Shown here: piece by piece, positions 37,351-42,025 of the stretch | Numbering within the stretch: the stretch's first letter is position 1 | How the letters are laid out: the number at the start of each line of letters is the position of its first letter | Origin: a virus | Taxonomy: Duplodnaviria; Caudoviricetes | Length of the DNA: 42,025 nt | IMG/VR virus record: IMGVR_UViG_3300025168_000186 | Coordinates: 1-42,025 of that record | Direction: 5' to 3' (one strand) | Translations under genes and position numbers: made by a program | Notes under the pieces: model-generated | The model's database searches: none | What the model was told of the DNA's origin: nothing | The model's input: the letters and a program-made list of their open reading frames with translations, nothing else

Positions 37351-37665
37351 TATTTTTTTGGATATAATTTTTTCCCAAATATCACTCGATAAGGGGTAAG
37401 CATCTTCAGTACCTTCCCATTCGTCAATATTGTGCCAAATAGATTGAATTGCAGCATAGACTAAATTGCCATATTGCACCATTTTTTCATCTTTATAAGC
37501 GTTCTTTACATAATTTGCATATTCATCAATAAATTCTTTTGCTGATTTCTTATCTTTAATTCCCATAAGTATATCAGAAATAGCTGACCAATTCTTTTCT
37601 GGGTCTATATTATAATCTATCGAAAGTTTTTTTCCTTCATTTAAAAATTCGTTTAGTGCTTTCAT
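37333..37665 (-). CDS. Leader-bearing putative internal head protein
   Basis: MKALNEFLNE. Confidence 0.8.
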   Translation of the reverse strand: MKALNEFLNEGKKLSIDYNIDPEKNWSAISDILMGIKDKKSAKEFIDEYANYVKNAYKDEKMVQYGNLVYAAIQSIWHNIDEWEGTEDAYPLSSDIWEKIISKKIKNDNI

Positions 37666-38051
37666 TATACTTTAATAATTTTTTGATTTCTACCTACTCT
37701 AAATTCAGCACCTCTATATAAGGTAATAACAACAAAAGATAAATCGTTTCCATTCTTTTCCAGTATACCTACAACAGTTAATCCATCAGATTCTCTTTGT
37801 AAAACAAAACGGTCTTCGCCAATATCCATAGCATCATAGACTAAATCGTTTATCATATCTACGGTTGCTTTGCTTATTACTGAATTTACTTCTTTAAAAG
37901 TAACTGGTTCATATGCAGCTTGACCTTTTTTATCTTTTCGATTTAATCTTTCGATTGCATGTGTAGTTGATTCAATATCAATATCAAACTTAATCTTTCT
38001 GGAAACATGTCCTTCACTCTTTTCATTTAATATTTCTCTGTAACTCTTCAT
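37665..38051 (-). CDS. Leader-bearing protein, possible DUF4258/RelE-like RNase fold
   Basis: MKSYREILNE; THAIERL...VVITLY pattern. Confidence 0.6.
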   Translation of the reverse strand: MKSYREILNEKSEGHVSRKIKFDIDIESTTHAIERLNRKDKKGQAAYEPVTFKEVNSVISKATVDMINDLVYDAMDIGEDRFVLQRESDGLTVVGILEKNGNDLSFVVITLYRGAEFRVGRNQKIIKV

Positions 38052-38222
38052 ATTGATATCATTTAATCTATTTAATACTATCTATTACAATAGCAATATG
38101 TTTGTACTATATATTTTCCCCTGGAGAATTATACAATTATTAAATGCGTAGCCATCAGGTTTTATTTTATTTTTAGTCATTTATTTTTGATTAAATAATT
38201 AACAAATTCAAATGTAAACAAA

Positions 38223-38531
38223 ATGAAAAATTTAAAACACTTTAAAGAATTATTAGAGGCACAAAAGGGTCTTGATTATTCAAAACTTAGTAAGTTAACA
38301 GTTACTAATTCTGATGGTTCTCAAACTGTTCATACAGCATCGGATGGTTCTAAAACTGTTGCAGAAAGTAAACCGGATGGTTCTAAGGACACTAAAGAAA
38401 CTAAGAAAATAGACCAATATAAATCCGATGAACAACAAGAAAGTGAATCAGAAGGTTCTGAAACGCCATCGGAAAATCAATCAGAAACTGCACCTAAAGA
38501 AACTAAGAGGGTTGAAATTAAACCAATCTAA
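38223..38531 (+). CDS. Low-complexity protein with a leader variant and DGSxT repeats
   Basis: MKNLKHFKELLE; SDGSQTV/SDGSKTV/PDGSKDT; ATTAAATA at 38190-38197. Confidence 0.72.
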   Translation: MKNLKHFKELLEAQKGLDYSKLSKLTVTNSDGSQTVHTASDGSKTVAESKPDGSKDTKETKKIDQYKSDEQQESESEGSETPSENQSETAPKETKRVEIKPI

Positions 38532-38564
38532 ATGAAAAGTCTTAACGAATTTACTTTGCTTTGA
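38532..38564 (+). pseudogene. Orphan truncated leader (MKSLNEF-TLL*)
   Basis: ATGAAAAGTCTTAACGAATTT directly follows the previous stop codon; similarity ends at the stop codon of the convergent gene. Confidence 0.7.
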
Positions 38565-39084
38565 AACTATGTTTTTTTCCTATTAATTGTTTAGCAATTT
38601 CTTTATCACTATCACTAATTTTTAGATTTTGTTTGTTACTACTAAACATTACGTACATATAACATTCAGTATCTTTTGTGATGATTTGATGGATTGCATT
38701 TCTTGGAATAATATACACATCTCCTTTTTTCAATTTTGTATCTGTAGATTTGTCATAACAACTACCATCTAAAATTGTAATGATTTCCCATTCTTTACTG
38801 TGAAAATGTTGTGCCGAAAAACTGTTTTCTTGATGATGTACTAATAAACTTTTATAGTCTTTGCCTTTATGTAAACCCATTGTGTGGATTCCTTTTCCGA
38901 CTGAATCTTCTAATTCAATCCACTTATTTTTAAAGGTTTGGATATCTTTACTACTAACATCAGGAAAATCCATTGTAGTATTTGAAATAATATCTTTCAC
39001 TCTTGTAAGTGATTCTACAGCATCTGTGTATGTTTCGCTTTTTTTGTTAGTAAAAATTATGTCAAATATGTTAAGGTCTTTCAT
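38551..39084 (-). CDS. Cupin-domain protein
   Basis: HFHSKEWE and GDVYIIPRNAIH motifs. Confidence 0.82.
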   Translation of the reverse strand: MKDLNIFDIIFTNKKSETYTDAVESLTRVKDIISNTTMDFPDVSSKDIQTFKNKWIELEDSVGKGIHTMGLHKGKDYKSLLVHHQENSFSAQHFHSKEWEIITILDGSCYDKSTDTKLKKGDVYIIPRNAIHQIITKDTECYMYVMFSSNKQNLKISDSDKEIAKQLIGKKHSFKAK

Positions 39085-39196
39085 TTCGTTTCCATCTTTA
39101 TTTATTTAATCGTTTATATTTTAGTAAACCGTATTTTAAAGAAAAATGTACATCTAATAGACTAATGGTAACTTTTCATCTATCAAGCATATTACT

Positions 39197-39451
39197 TTAT
39201 TTGCTCAACATTCCTTTTATCTCACTGAGTATTCTTAATATTTCCGCTTTGTGCTTTAAATCTTCTTCTTTATCATCGGTCATAGAACTAGCTTTAGTTT
39301 CCCACATTGCGGTCAACTTAATAACATCTTGCGATAGTTTATCTTTTGCTTTTTCGGTATCCATCAATCTTTTAGCTAACCACCATATAACAACAGCCAT
39401 AATGACTACCATACCCATCTGCTCTATCAACCACTTTGTTATTTCGTCCAT
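39197..39451 (-). CDS. Single-TM coiled-coil protein, holin-like
   Basis: N-terminal TM helix followed by a coiled coil. Confidence 0.55.
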   Translation of the reverse strand: MDEITKWLIEQMGMVVIMAVVIWWLAKRLMDTEKAKDKLSQDVIKLTAMWETKASSMTDDKEEDLKHKAEILRILSEIKGMLSK

Positions 39452-39513
39452 TTACCGTATAAACTTTTTTTCTTAATTTATTTAATCAAATCATATTTAC
39501 TTATCTACATAAC

Positions 39514-39543
39514 AAAAAAGTCTAAGAATAAACTTCTTAGACT
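39514..39543 (-). terminator. Intrinsic terminator
   Basis: agtctaagaa-taaac-ttcttagact with a U-tract on the minus strand. Confidence 0.7.
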
Positions 39544-39568
39544 AATTGAATAAAACTTAAAGGTAAAT

Positions 39569-39766
39569 TTAATAAACAGTACCCATCAATATAGATGAAA
39601 GTAATTTCCATCCACCAAAAGATAAGACAAACCCTATAACTAAAGATAGTGTTTTATCTTTCTGAGACATAACTTCATTTGAACTAATTGTTACACCTTT
39701 TATAACAACATATCCACACCAAATGCATACTAATGCAAAAATAAAATCAAGTACTACCATTTCCAA
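39569..39766 (-). CDS. Small two-TM membrane protein
   Basis: Two hydrophobic helices. Confidence 0.65.
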   Translation of the reverse strand: MEMVVLDFIFALVCIWCGYVVIKGVTISSNEVMSQKDKTLSLVIGFVLSFGGWKLLSSILMGTVY

Positions 39767-40040
39767 ATTCTTTATATAACCTAACTACCTTTTCCTTTTT
39801 TTCTTTTATCAAATCATCATCTAAACCAGGCACAATACCTAATTCAACAATCATTTCATAAACAGCAACTAAGTCTGCAATTTCATAACTAATCTTTTCA
39901 GCGTTAGTCAAATTACTTTCAAATTTACTTTCGAATCCAAATCTGTTAGCTTTACTTATAGCTTGAATAACTTCTGCACATTCTTCTCCTAATGTACTAA
40001 GTAAGTACGATTCTGGAGGATATTCATTGTTTATTTCCAT
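39747..40040 (-). CDS. MazG-like nucleotide pyrophosphohydrolase
   Basis: EECAEVIQA...EIADL motifs. Confidence 0.8.
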   Translation of the reverse strand: MEINNEYPPESYLLSTLGEECAEVIQAISKANRFGFESKFESNLTNAEKISYEIADLVAVYEMIVELGIVPGLDDDLIKEKKEKVVRLYKEFGNGST

Positions 40041-40053
40041 AATAATATTTTAA

Positions 40054-40269
40054 TTATTTTATTAAGTCTTCTAAATTAATATCGTACTCCTGAAACACTT
40101 CATTTATTTTACTTTGAAATTGTGTTGCAGTAAATTCATATCCCCATTTATTTTTAGATATATCTTTAATCTTCAACAAAGCAAGGGCCATATCTAAGGA
40201 CTTAACGCATCTTAAATGCGACATTACATCATCCAAATCTTCTAAATCGAATTCTAGTTTTGCTTTCAT
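40054..40269 (-). CDS. Hypothetical phage protein
   Basis: MKAKLEFDL N-terminus, common in phage hypotheticals. Confidence 0.7.
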   Translation of the reverse strand: MKAKLEFDLEDLDDVMSHLRCVKSLDMALALLKIKDISKNKWGYEFTATQFQSKINEVFQEYDINLEDLIK

Positions 40270-40272
40270 AGT

Positions 40273-40500
40273 TTATTTATAGGTAGTAAATAAATCTACT
40301 TTGAATTTTTCTAAGGTAGATAATTTATCTTCTGCATCAACTAACTTTTGTAAAGCTTGTTCAGCATTGGCATAAAAATCATCCGTAGAGTGGTCACCAA
40401 TTCCGGCAGGATGTTCAGTTAACAGTGTAATAGTTGTAATTGCTTCTTCCTTTTCGGATAGAGCTTTAGTTTCTAGTAATCGGTACAATTGTTCTTTCAT
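40273..40500 (-). CDS. Hypothetical phage protein
   Basis: PAGIGDHS motif, common in T4-like phages. Confidence 0.72.
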   Translation of the reverse strand: MKEQLYRLLETKALSEKEEAITTITLLTEHPAGIGDHSTDDFYANAEQALQKLVDAEDKLSTLEKFKVDLFTTYK

Positions 40501-40538
40501 AATGTATTCTTTTATATTAAAGCTTAATAACAGAAGTT

Positions 40539-40670
40539 TTATTTTGCGTTATTCTTTAAATAATTGTAGTATTTTTTAAGCGATTTGCCTAATTCTTTAC
40601 TGGATTCACTTTTCTTAATCATGTTGATAATGTAATCACTATCTAAAATAATCTTTTTGTCTTTACTCAT
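40539..40670 (-). CDS. Small basic protein (43 aa)
   Basis: MSKDKKIILDSDYIINM..., preceded by ATTAAATA. Confidence 0.5.
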   Translation of the reverse strand: MSKDKKIILDSDYIINMIKKSESSKELGKSLKKYYNYLKNNAK

Positions 40671-40703
40671 TTGTCTTTTATTTAATAGTATGGTTTAAGT
40701 TTA

Positions 40704-41285
40704 TTATTTACCTTTCATAAAAAATCCGTTGATAACGTATTTATTTTCTGACAATGGTGTGTTTCCTTTGTGTGGGTGTGTAAAGAAAGGTGGAAACATA
40801 ACTACTCTACCGACTTTTGCTTTTACAGTAATTCCTTGACTTGGGAATTCGGTTTCCCCACCTTCTTCAATCGTATTTAAGTAAAGTAAAGCTGTTAGGA
40901 ATCTATGACAAGTAGTATTGTGAAAACTATTATCAATGTGTTCGTCAAACTTTCCTGTTCCTTTAATGTATTCCATTACCTTATATCCACCATCGCAAAT
41001 TGTAAATGGTAGTGATGAATGTGAAATGTCGAACTTTTCAATATACTTTTTAAAACAATTAGAAAATGTTTCATAAATAAGGGCATCAGTGTCTTTATCT
41101 AAACTGGGGTCTATGTTCCAATCTGTTGTTATTTTACCTTTCCAATCTGCACCACCAGTTGTTTCACCTGGATAATGTCGGTCTTTGTTTAGTTTAAATT
41201 GTTCTAGTATTTCTTGGCATTTTTCTGGTGATACCACATCATCAAATATTCCTATGTGTGATAAGATAGTTTTGTCTTTTTCCAT
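40704..41285 (-). CDS. 2OG-Fe(II) oxygenase (prolyl-4-hydroxylase-like)
   Basis: HID, LLYLN, GGETEF, HPHKG and KY motifs; likely start MEKDK. Confidence 0.9.
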   Translation of the reverse strand: MEKDKTILSHIGIFDDVVSPEKCQEILEQFKLNKDRHYPGETTGGADWKGKITTDWNIDPSLDKDTDALIYETFSNCFKKYIEKFDISHSSLPFTICDGGYKVMEYIKGTGKFDEHIDNSFHNTTCHRFLTALLYLNTIEEGGETEFPSQGITVKAKVGRVVMFPPFFTHPHKGNTPLSENKYVINGFFMKGK

Positions 41286-41457
41286 AATATATATTTTTAT
41301 AAATATAAACAAATAGTTTTAGAATTGCAACTTTTGGATTACTTTTTTCTAAGAGAATCTACTAAGGTAAGTGCTAAACCTATTGAAATAATTATTCCGA
41401 TTATGTTGAATGTTTGGTCTTCCATATAGTTATGTAGTATCCTTACATACTGCATCT

Positions 41458-41661
41458 TTAAAAATCAGTATATATTTTATCAAAAAATGTTTCTGCAGCT
41501 CTAGCACCTGGCCATTCTCCTATTCTTTCTTTATTACCTATTAAAGTAAAATGAATTCTGTTATTAATTCTTTCGATATCTATAATGTTATCAAGATTCA
41601 ATAGTACAGTATTAGTTTCATTTCTACCTTTATCCACTTTTATTTTAATCAAATATGACAT
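41458..41661 (-). CDS. Hypothetical protein
   Basis: 67-aa ORF. Confidence 0.6.
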   Translation of the reverse strand: MSYLIKIKVDKGRNETNTVLLNLDNIIDIERINNRIHFTLIGNKERIGEWPGARAAETFFDKIYTDF

Positions 41662-41757
41662 AGTTCTTATTTTTTAAGTACCCATTTAAGTACTTCGATT
41701 TCTAATTTAATATCTTCTATTGCACTTCTACAATGGGGTTGATGTTCACAGTAATGT

Positions 41758-42021
41758 TTAAGATTTTCTTGTAGATATTTTAATTGTTTCGTAACTTTTT
41801 TCTTTTTTCTCATATTCGTAAAGTGTGTTAATAGTTTCTTGTAGTTCTTCGAATTCTTGTATATACTTTTGTGCTAAAGTTTTGCATTTGTTTATTTCTA
41901 ATTGCAATTTTTTAATATCCTCAGGGTCTGTATATACCTCTCTATCTTTTAAGTTCTGCAAACGACCCCATTCTTTTTGATAATTACTAACAAAAGGAGC
42001 AAGGTCATTAGATTTCTGCAT
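41758..42021 (-). CDS. Hypothetical coiled-coil protein, possibly 5'-truncated by the window edge
   Basis: 87-aa ORF at the window edge. Confidence 0.5.
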   Translation of the reverse strand: MQKSNDLAPFVSNYQKEWGRLQNLKDREVYTDPEDIKKLQLEINKCKTLAQKYIQEFEELQETINTLYEYEKKEKSYETIKISTRKS

Positions 42022-42025
42022 AAGG

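Noticed and set aside
34467-37665. CRISPR array (repeats of ~35 bp separated by unique sequence)
   Set aside because: The spacers are 200-780 nt open reading frames of variable length, the repeats are in-frame coding leaders, and there is no cas operon. The exonuclease at 16061 lacks a clear Cas4 Fe-S cysteine pattern.
34467-38051. Classical integron with attC sites
   Set aside because: No palindromic attC structure at the junctions and no tyrosine recombinase in the window.
6906-39476. Antisense or nested ORFs in the track (e.g. 6906, 8531, 12949, 13514, 15077, 17437, 23978, 25576, 29669, 35213, 39165)
   Set aside because: They overlap well-supported genes and lack motifs or start contexts.
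41339-41813. Tiny ORFs 41339-41425 (28 aa, hydrophobic) and 41667-41813 (48 aa)
   Set aside because: Plausible gap-fillers, but too short and unsupported to call.
1-42025. Alternative genetic code (stop-codon recoding)
   Set aside because: Core genes are intact in code 11, and TAG and TGA both end genes at tight junctions.
1-42025. tRNA or rRNA genes
   Set aside because: No cloverleaf or rRNA-like sequence was seen in the short intergenic regions.

Overview
A 42-kb, very AT-rich segment of a large T4-like (myovirus) phage genome, probably infecting Bacteroidota (inferred from A-rich, Shine-Dalgarno-less starts and TTG...TAnnTTG-like promoters). Almost all genes are on the minus strand. Core genes: class Ia ribonucleotide reductase nrdA and nrdB (split by a ~5.4-kb accessory block), T4-like terminase large and small subunits, a gp14-like neck protein, a PD-(D/E)XK exonuclease, and a >1500-aa collagen-repeat fibre gene (4553 to <1) that the ORF track missed. 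The most striking feature is a set of about 21 otherwise unrelated genes that share a 10-residue N-terminal leader (consensus MKx[LYF]NEFLNE). It closely resembles the T4 internal-protein capsid-targeting sequence (MKTYQEFIAE). These genes form tandem cassettes joined by 30-55 bp DNA repeats, with insertion scars, in-frame cassette fusions and an orphan truncated leader. Cargo domains include a 2H phosphoesterase, an ADP-ribosyltransferase, GNATs, ParB and a nuclease-like protein, which suggests a shufflable arsenal of head-packaged, injected effectors. Also present: two glycosyltransferase/amino-sugar loci (possible virion-fibre glycosylation), a repeated early-promoter-plus-stem-loop element, a recurrent ATTAAATA late-promoter-like motif, and a small multi-hairpin RNA element. 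All functional calls come from motif recognition; no database searches were run.
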